A DNA stretch of 64,000 nucleotides from the NCBI GenBank assembly GCA_043228905.1, contig JBHGNT010000018.1:12958001-13022000 (forward strand). Direction: 5' to 3'. Below the pieces are notes generated by a model. That model was not told the DNA's origin. It made no database searches and saw only the letters and a program-made list of their open reading frames with translations. Of the stretch, positions 38,389 to 50,629 are shown piece by piece (position 1 is the stretch's first letter; the number at the start of each line of letters is the position of its first letter). The position numbers and the translations under genes are program-made. Origin of the DNA: Azolla caroliniana (taxonomy: Eukaryota; Plantae; Polypodiophyta).

Positions 38389-39649
38389 CTTTCCATGTTT
38401 GTTGCATGGCTTGTAGTTTCCCAAGGACGGTCATGTTCCTTGGGGCATTCCATTGGGCATTAAGGATGCCCATGTACTCTTCATCCCCTTCATTCCCATA
38501 CCGTCTATAGTAGCTTCCTTGTAGAGCCCAATAGGACCAATCCAAGTCCAAACTAGCTATGAAAGCAAACAAGCAATTGATGTATCTATTGCTAGCTTTA
38601 TTACCTCCCCTTTGGTCAACGCCAAACTCACTTATGAAGAGAGGGGCAACGAAGGAAGAAGACGTATTTGATGAGGGCGAGAGCGAGGACAGGGAGGGGG
38701 AGGAAGCCACCATGAAAGCACCGGAGGCGGTGATAGTAGAGGTGGTAATGGCACAAACTTGGTTGAGATTACCTTGGGCGAAGTTAACCCCATAAGAGGA
38801 GGCATACCAATGCATCTCATAGACAAGCTTGTGCTGGGCGGTGCTAACATTAATGTACAGGAGGTGGTCTTCAGAGAATGAAGACAGGAAATGGAGGTCT
38901 GTATCATTATTGAGGCCAGCGATGAAGATGAGAAGATTAGGGTTAGCTGTGGAGACGACGCTGGCACCCATGGTCATGAATCGGTGCCAATCAGAAGGGT
39001 TCTGTTTAGGTCCCCGTAGCTCATTCCTAAGGCTTATACCGGCAAGATTGGGGACGTGAAGAGCCATGGCTCTGAGACCATCCAGCCATTCCTGGACGGC
39101 GAATCCAGGGTCACCCCAGAAGCCCTCCACATCGTTCTTGGCGCAGCACCACTGGCCTTGGCTCACGTGGTTGTCCGCGATGACGTACAGGCCCGCACGT
39201 GCCATGGACGCCACCGCCGCCTTGAAGGCATCGGGCAACGTGAGGTTCACAAGCGCTGGGTTGTGGATGTGTATCCCCCGCAGCGCCCTGCTCAGATTCA
39301 GTGCCTTGAACCTCTGCGACACCGTCGTGTTCCACCCCGCGCTGCGCGTGAGCATGTGCGTCGCCCACGTCAGCCGCACGCAGTTGAACCCCATGCCTCT
39401 CGTGCCCAGCGCCAGCCTCGCCAGCGGCTGCCTGTCCAAACCCTCCGCCACCATCGCCTCCAGGTGAGCCGCCCAATTCACGCACGCCAACTTCACGCGC
39501 GCCCCGTCCGACTCCCGTACCACCCATCTCGACGACTCCACCGACAAGTATCGCGTGTCCACGTGCCCACATTGCCCTACTACACCCATGCAAACAATCA
39601 CCACCACCACAACATAGCACCACCAATATGCCCAACTTCTAAATTCCAT
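38389..39649 (-). CDS. GH5 glycoside hydrolase exon 1 (plant GH5_11-like, secreted); spliced product about 617 aa, alternative ATG at 39691
   Basis: Hydrophobic signal peptide; RVKLACVNW, GFNCVRLTW, DNHVS..WCC, acid/base SLRNELRG, nucleophile LFISEFG, WSYWALQGSYY; donor AG|GTATAT at 38388; 138-bp phase-1 intron; TTTATAAA at 39704-39711 favours the second ATG. Confidence 0.92.
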
Positions 39650-42172
39650 TATCCTCCTCCTCCTCCTCCTCTCACACCATTGTTTGCTCATGCTCCCACA
39701 TAGTTTATAAATTTGGGCCCCTCTTACTTTACTTTGTGGACTTCATTCAATCATTGATTTTATTATGTTGTTGTCTCCACACTTTATCATTCATTGTGAG
39801 CGTGTGTTCTTTTGGGGGATAAGTCCACACACACACACACACACATGGAAGGAAGGAAGTTACGTAGGGTCATCATCGTGATGCTCCTTTTTGTTCGAAG
39901 CATTGAAAAGCGGATGTACTGTATATGCGTAGAAGCGGTTGATAACGTGCTTTTTCGGTGGTGGTTGCTTGGTCGGTTCCATCCCACTTGACTTGGGGTC
40001 TTTCTAAAGTTTATGTGGATGCGTGTAGGCTCAATTTCACTTTGCAAACTTGTACTCTCTCTCTCTCTCTTCTTACTTTGAAGCCACTCACGAGGCATTT
40101 TCTTTTAAAGTTACTACACATTTAGGCATCACATTCTTTGTCCTCAAGGCACACCGCCACCAGCAACAAGAATGAGCTTAGGAGACGAGGTAGACAACGC
40201 AGCTTTGTTTGCGTTAAGATTTCTAGTAACTTGGCTCTAAATAAGTATAAATAATCATTTAATTTGAATTACTCCATTGTTTTTATCCTCCAATAGCTTC
40301 AATTTTGTTTTCTTGTCTTTTCTTTTTATGTCATTCACATTATTGGTTTTTTTTTTTCTCCCAAAAACATTCACATTATTGTTCATTACTCGTTTTATTT
40401 GTTTGCTGATTTGCTTAGTTGATGTGGCTAATAGAAATAAAAGAGGCACCAAAATATTTTAGTTTATGTCTCTAATACAAATAAGAGAGGCACAAGAATA
40501 GAAATAGAAAGGGCACACAAAAAATAGAGAAATCTGGGAAGGAAATGGGATGAAACGAACACACATCTCAAACTTTTAGAGTTTCTAGGAGATAGTTAAA
40601 GAAGTATATGTTGCATGCATGTAGATCAAAACGAGGTTGGATTAGGATAAATACTTACATTGTAACAATTGTTGTGGTGAAACTTGTAACATTTATGGTG
40701 GTCAAACTATTATTATATTCTAACATAGCCCACACAATTTACATGCTAACTTAATTTATATTTGTATTTGCATTAAGGAGACATTATTTCTTTTTTGTGG
40801 ATATACAAACATATATGTTGCCAATTGTTTAAGTGCTTGCTTGCCTTTGGACAACCAAGTCATCTACAATTTCCACCAAAAAAACTTTGACAAATATACA
40901 ACTCACACGTTTGCATGATTCCATGGTTTTCTTTTACCCAAGAGATCCATGAAAGTAGAATACTTCATTGAAAGAAAGTGGCTTTAATGGATCTGTTTTT
41001 AACGACACAAGGATTCAAAACAATAGCTAGAAACTTGTGCTACCAAATAGTAGTGCTACAAAATACAATGAGTGATAGATGAGAATTGATGAAATATAGG
41101 ATATATTATTTATAGAAGCTAGGAGACAAGCCATGTCACCCTTATGGAAAGTAGGAGACAAGTAACATATGTTTCACACCGATTGAAATGATTTAACACT
41201 TGAATGGATTGAAACATTTTTATGGCATGTAAAACACGCTTGAAAATTAATTTTACATGTCACATTCTTTTTTAATTCTAGTTACTGTGTCGTTTTCCCT
41301 AGGTTGGCCAAATGTTTCCCCATATAATTAGTGGTGACTAGATAGTTTTGAAGTTGTAGTTAAACTAGTGACAAGTAATCGTCATCCCCCTCCTAATGCC
41401 AAGTAATACAGTTCCTAAACAAAGCGTGTCATCGATTCATAATGCCAAATAGATATGTTGGATCACTTTAGAATACAAATGGTAGAAATCTTGCTTCCTC
41501 GAATTTGTCATGATGAACTATTCTTCAGGGATATCTAGAACTACCTTCGTAAAATCTGATTTATCTTGTCTTGAAATATCCATTTTCTCAATATATGACC
41601 CCTTCCTTAATTCATGTCAAGTTATTATCTCAACTTTTGCTTTAGAGTCAAGAGGACCGCTTTTCTTTTCTTTTCAAAGATTATCTTCAATAGTATTAAG
41701 GAAAAATCACCCGAAGGTTACAACTTGAGCTTGTCTGCCTAGAAGCTTACAACTTTTTATGTACAATGATGTACAGTAATCCTAAGACCAAAGATAGGAC
41801 TTTGTAGAAGGTGTTGGAATTTATTGATGCACACTACCATGATTTACTGATATTCAAGAAAGGGTCCATGGAAGTCGATAGTGCCATTGAGGCCCTTGAT
41901 TGACTCTGTAAACAGGGGCAACATTTTCCATATGTAAAGAAGAGGATCTCTATTATTTTATCCGTGACTAGCTATTCATCCATATACATGATAAACAAGA
42001 TTAGGTTTCAATGTTTTTGTTGGTTATGTACTTGTGGGAATCCCCATTATCACATCTAATTCTCTTTAACCCCACAAATGAGTAAACATTATTTTACCAT
42101 TGGAAAGAGAGTTTTCTCTTCTTCAATGGACAAACCATCTCCTCATTTAGTTTGGAAACCCAATAGGTTCTC

Positions 42173-42250
42173 GAGATGAACAAACGGTCTTTCAAGTATG
42201 GTTGGGTATTGGACAAGCTCAAGGCTGAGAGGGAGCGTGGGATCACCGTT
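42173..42250 (+). pseudogene. EF1A: Elongation factor 1-alpha gene fragment
   Basis: Translates [26 protein letters not shown], against the plant eEF1A motif [26 protein letters not shown]. Confidence 0.85.
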
Positions 42251-42272
42251 GGATGTTGTTACTACAAGAGTC

Positions 42273-42730
42273 TGTTGAACGAGCAAGCTCAACTAGATCC
42301 CGGATCGACTGGATAAGAGAGAGCCGGATCATATCCGGATTTGTGTCCAGATGATATCCGGAACCAAGAGCCGGATCGGGATCAGGGAGATGGATCAGAG
42401 AGCCGGACCCACTTGTGTACTGGTAGGCCGTTTAAAGGTCTACGCTTGTAGACGGTAGTCATGGTCCTCGTAGTTAGTGTCAACTGCTTGTATGAGCATT
42501 GAAGTACACAGTACTTCTATCAGTCCATTGTGGATTTGTATAAAAAGTGCTCATTGAGCACATCCTATGTACAAAGTATTATTTTTTGAATATAGTTTTA
42601 TGCTATTCTGCTCTCTCTGTCTCTCCCACTCTCTATTTGTGTCCTGTAAGGTTTCCATTAAACCTGTACTCTCTCTATTGCTATCTGGCTGAACCGGTTT
42701 GTCAAAGCCCTCTATTGCTATCCCGTTGAA
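42273..42730 (+). mobile_element. Copia family B LTR, 3' end not resolved
   Basis: Starts TGTTGAACGAGCAAGCTCAAC; colinear with the reverse complement of 26609-27060. Confidence 0.8.
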
Positions 42731-43321
42731 CCGTAGCGGACTACCTGAGCCACATCGAGAATGGAGAAGACGTTATAGGTGGTGACGACGATTTTTCGGA
42801 CAACAGAATTGTTGTACGTTTTAGGGTTAGGGTTAAGGACGACGATGATGATGAATGATAACTATGATGATTGGTAATGAAGATAGACATGGTGATGGAG
42901 TGTATGATGGTGAGAGAGATCATATAGAGAAGCATTGCGGGGTGGGGGATGGTGCCTAGAATGGCTCCACCCCCCTCCCAAGGGGGTTCAACGTGAGAGA
43001 GGGAGAGAGAAGAGAAAAGGTGTCAAAGAGAGAGAGAGATTAGAGAGAAATGTTCATTCATGTTTCATTCATTCCCCATAAGGGGTTAAATAGTACAAGA
43101 GGGGGTAGATACATAGGGGTGTAAGCCCCATTGAGCATTCATATTGGACACTCACTCACACCTCCTCGTATCCCTCCACATGCACACATGTGTGCATGTG
43201 TTCACATACGTATAGACTCACAATTACATTTATGCCTCCTACACATACACAACAACATCATGATAACATTCGACCCTCTATCGTCACACTTGACTCTCCG
43301 TACATCTTGTACGGGGTAACA
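42731..43321 (-). mobile_element. Unclassified LTR-like repeat, family H
   Basis: Starts TGTTACCCCGTACAAG on the minus strand; shares start, CT tract and CCCTTGGGAGGGGG with 58288-58610. Confidence 0.55.
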
Positions 43322-45608
43322 CAATATGGCACGCCCGTGGGAAAGTGCCTTGGACGTCGATCCCACATGCCTTGATGATGATGATATTTCTTTGACCAGA
43401 ACTTCCATCGGTCCTTTCAACGATTGACTCCCTCGATTAGAGTGCTTCACTCGAACATCTTTGTCGGTCAACGAATCTCCCGCGACACGAACCTTCTCGT
43501 TCTATCGGCTTACGAACTTTGGTAACATCATTCGGGTCGTTAAAAAGACGTTGTATGTATGTGTGTTCTTCTTTGTATCTTGTGAGTTGTGTGTGGATCA
43601 CATCCATTTCTTTTAGGTAGATGAGTTTTCGAAATTGCCTCATTGCCCTTTGGTTATTAAAACTCTAATATATACCCTCGAACTTTTGAATTTGCAATGG
43701 GTACCCCCAAGGTTTTGAAATTTGTTGCCCTTGTCTTTGTTTTTTCCTTTCTCCTTTCTGTTTTGTCTTCCTCTCTTTCTTCATTTTTTCTCTTCTTCCT
43801 GTCTGTTGGTCCATTTGTGTCTCCTTCTCTTCTCTTTCTTCATTTCTACTTCTCTGTCTCTCCAGGTTGCTTCTTTGTCTGTCCGTGGTTTTTGGTGTCT
43901 TTCTCTTCTTCCATGACATCTTTTTCTTCCTTCACTGTTCTTCTTCTTCCTTGCATTTCTCTTCTCTCTTCTTCTTATTTTTTGCATGTCTACCTCTTTC
44001 TTCTCTGTGTTGTCCTTGTTTTGGTTGTCGTGGTTGGTCGTCTGTCCAGCCCGTTTGGCCACTCCGGCCACTGTTCGGCAATTACGGCCGCTTCGGCAGT
44101 TCCTCGGCCACTCTTTGGTTGCTCGTCCATCTCCATCTCTTGCCGTGGCCATCTCCGACCACTGATGCCGTCCTTGTCTAGCCACTACGACTGCTCTTAG
44201 GTCACTCTCCGGTCTCTCCTCCGTCTCTGTCGGTGTTCGGTTGTCGTCCTCCTCTTTTGACCGTGCGTTCGGTCCGTCGTCCCAGCCGTCTCGTCCATTG
44301 TTCGACAATTGGTGTGGCCGCGCCCTTTCGGCCTCACCGGCCTTTTCCATCATTGTCTTGGCCGCTGTCCGGCTGCCTCTGTTGCGGACTCCATCACCGT
44401 CTCTGTCGGTTCCCGTCCGTTTGAGTTTTCCTCTGTGTCTCCGGCTACATTGCTATCTCTGTACGGCCATAGTCCAGTGTTGCTGCTTTTTGGCCGCTCG
44501 TCCGTCGCCTTGTCCGGCGTGTCCGTCCGTTCCGGTCATCCTCTCGTCGTCTGTCCGGTCGTCAGTTGTCTGGTCCGACCGCCTCCGTTCTGGCGTTGTT
44601 CGGCTGTGTCTTTTCGGCCGCCTCTACAACTTTTTGATCATCCTTGCTATTCTGTCCGTCGCCTTGTCGCCGTCTATTCGGCCCGATCATTGTTCGTCTG
44701 TGTCTTTTTGGTTGTCTCTCACACCACGCTTTCTGGCACATGCACTATGTCATTAACTGCACATTTGCACATTCTCGTTTCCATTCTCGCACACTCACGT
44801 AACGTCCTATTCCATGACTTCCTCTCAACATTGTCATCGTTTTCGTACATCTTTGGCACCATTTCTTGGACATTTACACAAAAACAGACCAAACAAAACA
44901 TACGCATATAGAGATTAATTCGCTATAGAATTATGCGGCAGTTAATCTTCCATTTTGGACTTCTTTCGCACATTGTTGTCGCCTTTTGCACAGCATCATC
45001 GATTCCAATTTTATTTTTTATTTTTTATTTTTTGCACGTCTTCATTGCTTCTCCCACATCGTCGTTGCCATTTGGTGCATGTCATCATCATTTCTTGCTC
45101 GTCTCTCCCATATCATCGTCACTATGCCTCGAATCGCCGCGTATTATTGTTTGACTCCGTCCCCAAAGGGGGGTCGCCTTCGTGGTCGCCATAAACTGTG
45201 TTAACTCTTAGGGCCGGACAATGGCCTAACATAGGGTGTCTACGGAAGACACTTCACCAAAGGGGTGTTACGGCAACAGGATTAGAATCAACGATTAATC
45301 CGACTTAATTAGGCTACTTAGTAAGATCATCCTTAATAATCACACGCGTAAGATATAACAATGAATGCAGAACGGCAATTAACACAGAGAGATAAAAAAC
45401 AATAAGCTTTATTAATTAACCGCTTCTTGTTACATTGTATCCGGGCCTTTAAATAGGTTTCCGGTCTGTAGTACAAAACGGTGCCATCCGCACCTGTTCG
45501 GGATCGGTCCGGATCCAGAACGGCATACCGATTCCGGTCCGTCCGTCCACACTACTAATAGCTTACATACAACCATTCCTAATAATTAAATAACTCCTTC
45601 GTTTCACA
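43322..45608 (-). mobile_element. G3-family gypsy copy 2: LTR 45197-45608, tRNA-Arg-like PBS, long low-complexity leader
   Basis: LTR core CGGCATACCGATTC..GTCCGTCCGTCC shared with 11582-11626; PBS TGGCGACCACGAAGG (reverse complement 45177-45191). Confidence 0.7.
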
Positions 45609-45699
45609 CTCTGGACTCCTTTGCCGGCCGGTAACAAGAATATTACGAATTTCGACGACAGAGGTCGAAGCAGAAATGGTGACGCTAGAAGACAAATGG

Positions 45700-46255
45700 G
45701 CGAAGAAATGAGTCATTTCTTGACCACCGGATTGCCTCCCCCGCGGATGAGGATGAACCAAATGAAGCGTCTGGACATTCGCAACCGAAATTTGTGTCCG
45801 AAGTGACGAGAAGGTGATGATACTTTGGGAGGCACACTATGGGATAGCCGGAAGACATTACACTAGGGACACAACGGCTCGAAAAGTCTAGCATAGTGGC
45901 CTCTAGTGGCCGACTACACATAAGAACATGCAAACATACTATTAGTGGTGTGATCTCTGCCAGCGGATGGCTAGCCATCAAAGCGTGCCCGCATGCCGCA
46001 CCAACCAGTGCAGCCTTTGGAACCTTTCCAGAAGTGGGGCCTGGATTTTGTCGGCCCTTTCACTCCAGTGGCGCCCCGTACTAGGAATCGATACATCCTC
46101 GTGGCCATGGATTATTGTACGAAATGGGTGGAAGCGAAGGCACTTACTACCCCTAGGCAAACGGACTAGCGGAATCAATGACCAAAACTTTACAAAACAT
46201 TCTAAAGCAAATCGTCAACGAGAATCAGACAGACTGGAATACAAAGCTGCAAAGC
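45700..46255 (+). pseudogene. Athila/Tat-type gypsy integrase remnant with internal deletions
   Basis: [55 protein letters not shown]. Confidence 0.8.
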
Positions 46256-46257
46256 AT

Positions 46258-47210
46258 TGTCAAGGAATTACTCGTGTGTTAGCAAAATGAAGCGGGACCA
46301 CCGGGGTCCTGGACCGGAGGGATTCGAAGTTTGTACTAGCTTTAGCGAGAAAGTATTTAACATAGATAGAGAGAGATTGAGCGACAAAGATAATTCTAAG
46401 ACAGATTGAGACAGAGAGAGAGATTAAACCCTTGACTTCAATTTTGAGAAACAAGATACATAACGAATAAGATAACTACATATTATTATTATTTTTTGAT
46501 TCAGTACATAGCTTGCTTGATTAATTGATTGATGATCCTTTTCTTTTTCCTCCACTCTTTTATAGATGCCCCCATGCAGATGATGCATGTAAGGGTGCAA
46601 GACATGCATACAATGCATGTAATGCATGCGATGCATGTTTGCCATGTGGCGGTCATGCATTACATGTGATGCATGATAAACATGTCATTCATTCAAGCTC
46701 TCATGTATGAGAATTTACATATGAAAAATCATAATGATGAAAATACAACTTTTTAAGAAATGACTTGGCTTTGTGGTAAGTCAATTGTTTTATGTAAGAT
46801 TGTCTCTACTTGTGGGAGAGTTAGCTGGCCGAAATCAGTCAAAAAGTTGAAACAAGAGTCGGTTGGCCGAAATCGATCAGAAAGTTGAAACAAGAGTCAG
46901 TTGGCCAAAATCGGTCAGAAAGCTGAAATAACAGTTGGTTGGCCGAAATCGACCGAAAAAGGTGAAACAAGAGTTGGTTGGCCGAAATCGGTCAGAAAGC
47001 CGAAACAAAAGTTGGTTGGCCGAAATTGACTGAAAAGCTGAAACGGGTTTAGGTCAAACAAATATACACATATACATATACACATAGTCATATGTATATG
47101 TAAGATAAGTTGGTATATATATAGAGAGAGTCCTATTAGCTGCATATATATGTGGGATAACTCACTAAGAAAAAACAGTGAGAGAAGCGTGAAAGTGAAC
47201 CCTTCTCGGT
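46258..47210 (-). mobile_element. LTR-like segment whose end resembles the Phygy-like LTR end
   Basis: Terminus TGTCA at 46258; GCGGGACCACCGGGGTCCTGGAC resembles the reverse complement of 50-72; CATG-rich core. Confidence 0.5.
46823..47044 (+). repeat. 38-bp tandem repeat, about 6 copies
   Basis: Unit GGTTGGCCGAAATCGGTCAGAAAGTTGAAACAAGAGTC. Confidence 0.9.
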
Positions 47211-47211
47211 T

Positions 47212-49829
47212 GTTGTTCTTTCATGCAATATGGCGGATTTCTGGGTTCAAAGACTTGATATAGGCGATCCACCTTAGCATAGCCAAATCTGTTGTCGCAC
47301 ACCCTGAGATCATCCCAAGGATTGGGAGACAATCTGTCTCAATTATCACTTCCGACCCCCAATCAGGTAGTCTTTGTCTACCTTCACCGTAGACACAATA
47401 CCCCAAAGTTCCCGCTTGACTTGGGCATATCCTTGTTGTTGTTCGTTGAGGACCTTTGCTCCGAACCAGATGGCATACCGCGAACTATCTTCTCCTTCTT
47501 GGTTGATGACCCACATAAATCGGCTTTCCTTCAATATAGTCGGCCTTTCTTACCGCTAGAGCTTCAAGAAGTAGTTTGTTCAGTCTTCGCATCGCGTTTG
47601 TATGCTCCTCTCGCCATTCAAACTTCTTTCTTTTCTTTAACAATCCATATAATGGCTTGAGGACATGAGCGTAGTGCGGAATCGAGATATGATAAAAGGC
47701 ACATGCTCCCAAGAATCTTTGCACCTCTATCTGGGATATACATTCTTCTCACATCTCTTGAATAACATTCACCTTCTCAGGAGAGGGTTTCCGTCCATAT
47801 GGTCTACAAAGATGTCCCACTATTAGGACCTCGTGTTGGCCGAATGCCGACTTTTCTCCAGAAAATGTGAGCCCGACTCCTTCTAGTCTTTGTAGCACTC
47901 TCTCACAGTCTTCAATATGGTTCAAAACAAATCTTTGACATCCATCTTGATCTAAAAACTCGTCCTTTTTTTATTCAAGGTACCATTTTATAGGGATATC
48001 ATCGATTAAAGGCATCGTAATATCTGGGATGCAATCTCTTAGTACTTTGTTCATGGAATTTACCATGTGTGCTACAGAGTTGGTTGCGCCTTGAGGTAGG
48101 GTGCACATCCGTACCAATCCAATCGGAGACCTCATTGTTGTGATGTCTCTATTTTCGACTGTTACTTGAAATTGATTGTAGCCTGAGTAGAGATCACAAA
48201 TAGAATAAATGGACCTTCCCGCAAATGCTTGTGCGAAATCATCGATACTTGGACCGATCCCGGCATTGTGGATCGTCACTTTATTCACTGGTTGAAGATC
48301 TTGTATGAACCTTAAGGTTCCTTTCTTCTTTGGTACCGTGAACCACCTATTCGAGTAAGGAGCATTTGACGGCTCTAGAATTCCCATCTCGACCTTCTCT
48401 TTTAAGAGCTTGATTAATTTCAGAATGTGTGCTCTTGGGACTGGTATCGGTTTCAGGTTCCATGGCACATGTGGTATTGTGAATATCACCATTGGTTCTA
48501 TTATCTTTTGATTGGCGCATCCAATTTCATTCAAATAGAAAGCAAATGCTTTCCCATGTCTTTCCATCATTTCCCGAAATGCGACTTCCTCTTCTGGCAA
48601 GAGAAATTCATCTTTCCCGACACAAAGCTTTTTTCTTGTCTCTTTAGTTAAGGCATGTTCGATTTCTCTCGGATCCATCCCGTAAGCTTAGATCCCGTGC
48701 AACTTCCTTCATTCTTTGCTAGCTATCCTCAGGCAGCTGAATAACAAGTTTTACTTTCTTGTCCACCATCTTGTATTTCGTATTGAGTTCGACTTTCTTT
48801 GCCTGATACTTCCACTATATTCGTTGATGGTAACGCACATGTCAATGGAGTTTATCTGAATTGATCGTTGGCTACGAGGGCCCAAGTCCATGACATTCTC
48901 CATTTCGCCAATGGTGTCGTTAAATAAGGCTTCCTCTATTACCCATTCGATGCTTTCATCTCTTTCCATTATTTGTTCTTCTCTTAAGGTTTCCTCGAAG
49001 CTTTGCATTCGAGAAATCTTCTCTTCTTTATCAAACGTTTTGATTTTGCACACTCCATTAGGGGCTACGTACAACCCTCCTTTTGCAAATTCACAAACTT
49101 TTCTTTCTTCTTGGGGCATACGCTTGGACTATTCACGCCTTGCTCCCAAATAGCCCGCCCTAAAAATACGAAGCATCTTCCTCGAGACAATCCTGATTCC
49201 TTTTGTGGTTGGCACGTACAATCAATAATTGTACGACTGTCTTCCCATAAAGACTCCTTACTTGACCAAATGCTACACCATTGTCGAACACTTTGGTTTC
49301 CATCTGGGACGAAGTTATGTATGGTTGCCCAAGAATGATAGGATGGGATTCCAAATCTTGAACAAAAAAATGTTGGTCTATCTCGACGTCGCCAATCGTG
49401 ATGGGAATATTAGGTCAGGCACCATACAGGTCTTCGGTAGCTCTCCTAGCCACACGGATCTTCCACCCATGATTCGTATTTATGGGTCATCTTCCCTTTT
49501 TGAAGACCTTAGTCGACATAAGGTTGATCTCGGACCCATGATCTATTAAAGCTACGACTATCTCTTTTCTTTCTCCCAACTTTACTGGCGTCTCTGTCAT
49601 CGATCGCGCCCAATGAGGCCAAGTATAGTGGTTGTCCACCATATCTTCATCGATTTAGTCCCTTGCCATCGTTATGGCATTCACTTTTGATTTTAATGGC
49701 TTCTCTTCTTCCTTGTTGGACTATTGCCTTTTTCTCTTTATGAGGTCCACAATCGTATCATGGAATTCCTTCTTCGTAATGACGAGCAATTCCCTCAAGG
49801 ACAAGGTCACGTGGCTATCAAGAACACAT
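47212..49829 (-). mobile_element. Phygy-like copy C internal region (gag end, PR, RT, RH)
   Basis: ORFs 47971..48678 (RT), 47485..47724, 47221..47406 and 49160..49354 are homologous to 52793-55200. Confidence 0.9.
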
Positions 49830-50240
49830 TGTCACGGGTTTCCGCAAGTAAGCGTTGAAATGGGCAAGATCACAGGGGTCTCAAACCAAGCAGTTAGAGG
49901 GAGTAGGAAGAGCAAATGTGACGGTGTGCTTGGTCGGTTACCGGAAGCCGGAAAACGAGTGTGTAGGTTCGCGGAACGAACCATTCGCACAGTTCACAAG
50001 TAGAGCGGGAAACCAATTACAAAGAAACAAAAATAGAGATGAAAACCCGAAACGAGAAGAGATCGACCCGAACAATTGAAAGGAATAGATTAAGGTAAGT
50101 AGAATACAACCGGGCTCAGCCGGTAGCAGAGCAGTACGCTCTACAAAACACACCCCCACCGACACACGCACATAGACAGATCAAGGAGCCTCCGGTCAAG
50201 AGCTCACGGGCTTCTTTCTTACAACCCTCCATTAGGGGCT
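49830..50240 (-). mobile_element. Truncated LTR fragment, unclassified
   Basis: Ends CCCGTGACA at 49830 on the minus strand; non-coding; lies between two gypsy coding remnants. Confidence 0.45.
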
Positions 50241-50564
50241 CTCAGGAACTTGATGTACGCAATCCACTTAAGCAACGCCAGGTCTGGAGTCGTGCATCCG
50301 AAAACCATACCATGGATTGGTAGGCAGTCCGTCTTGATTATCACCTCTGTCCCGATCAAGTAGTCTTTATCGGCGTTGACTGCTGAAACAATACCCTAGT
50401 GTTCGCGTTAAACCTCGGCGTATCCTCCCTGCCACTCGTTCAACACCTTCGCACTAAACCGGTGTCGTAGTGTATTCCACACACTACGTGAAAACCATAA
50501 AATAATATATCCGAATTTAGATACATATAAATAAATAAATAATATATCAAAAGAATTTATCACG

Positions 50565-50629
50565 TGCATAGGGCAAGATTCGAACCATGCACCTCCACAT
50601 AGATAAATCCCAACTTTACCATTGTAATA
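50565..50629 (-). promoter_or_regulatory. tRNA-derived A-box/B-box cassette in the 5' LTR (repeated at 56945-57009)
   Basis: Minus strand TATTACAATGG from 50629, GGTTCGAATC from 50586, TTTT at 50549-50552. Confidence 0.6.

Noticed and set aside
39056-39703. 215-aa antisense ORF over GH5, and 253-aa antisense ORF at 53484..54245
   Set aside because: Shadow ORFs of coding sequence on the opposite strand, with no recognisable motifs.
41300-42170. Possible decayed retroelement upstream of the EF1A fragment
   Set aside because: No motif or terminus could be recognised with confidence.
42820-42836. Telomere-like TTAGGGTTAGGG
   Set aside because: Only two units; too short to call an interstitial telomere.
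43665-44911. Hydrophobic or env-like ORFs
   Set aside because: Low-complexity CT-rich leader read antisense to the element; composition explains the Leu/Ser/Phe richness.
46823-47044. CRISPR-like periodic repeat
   Set aside because: Head-to-tail units without unique spacers, no cas genes, eukaryotic context. The same applies to the 54-bp array.
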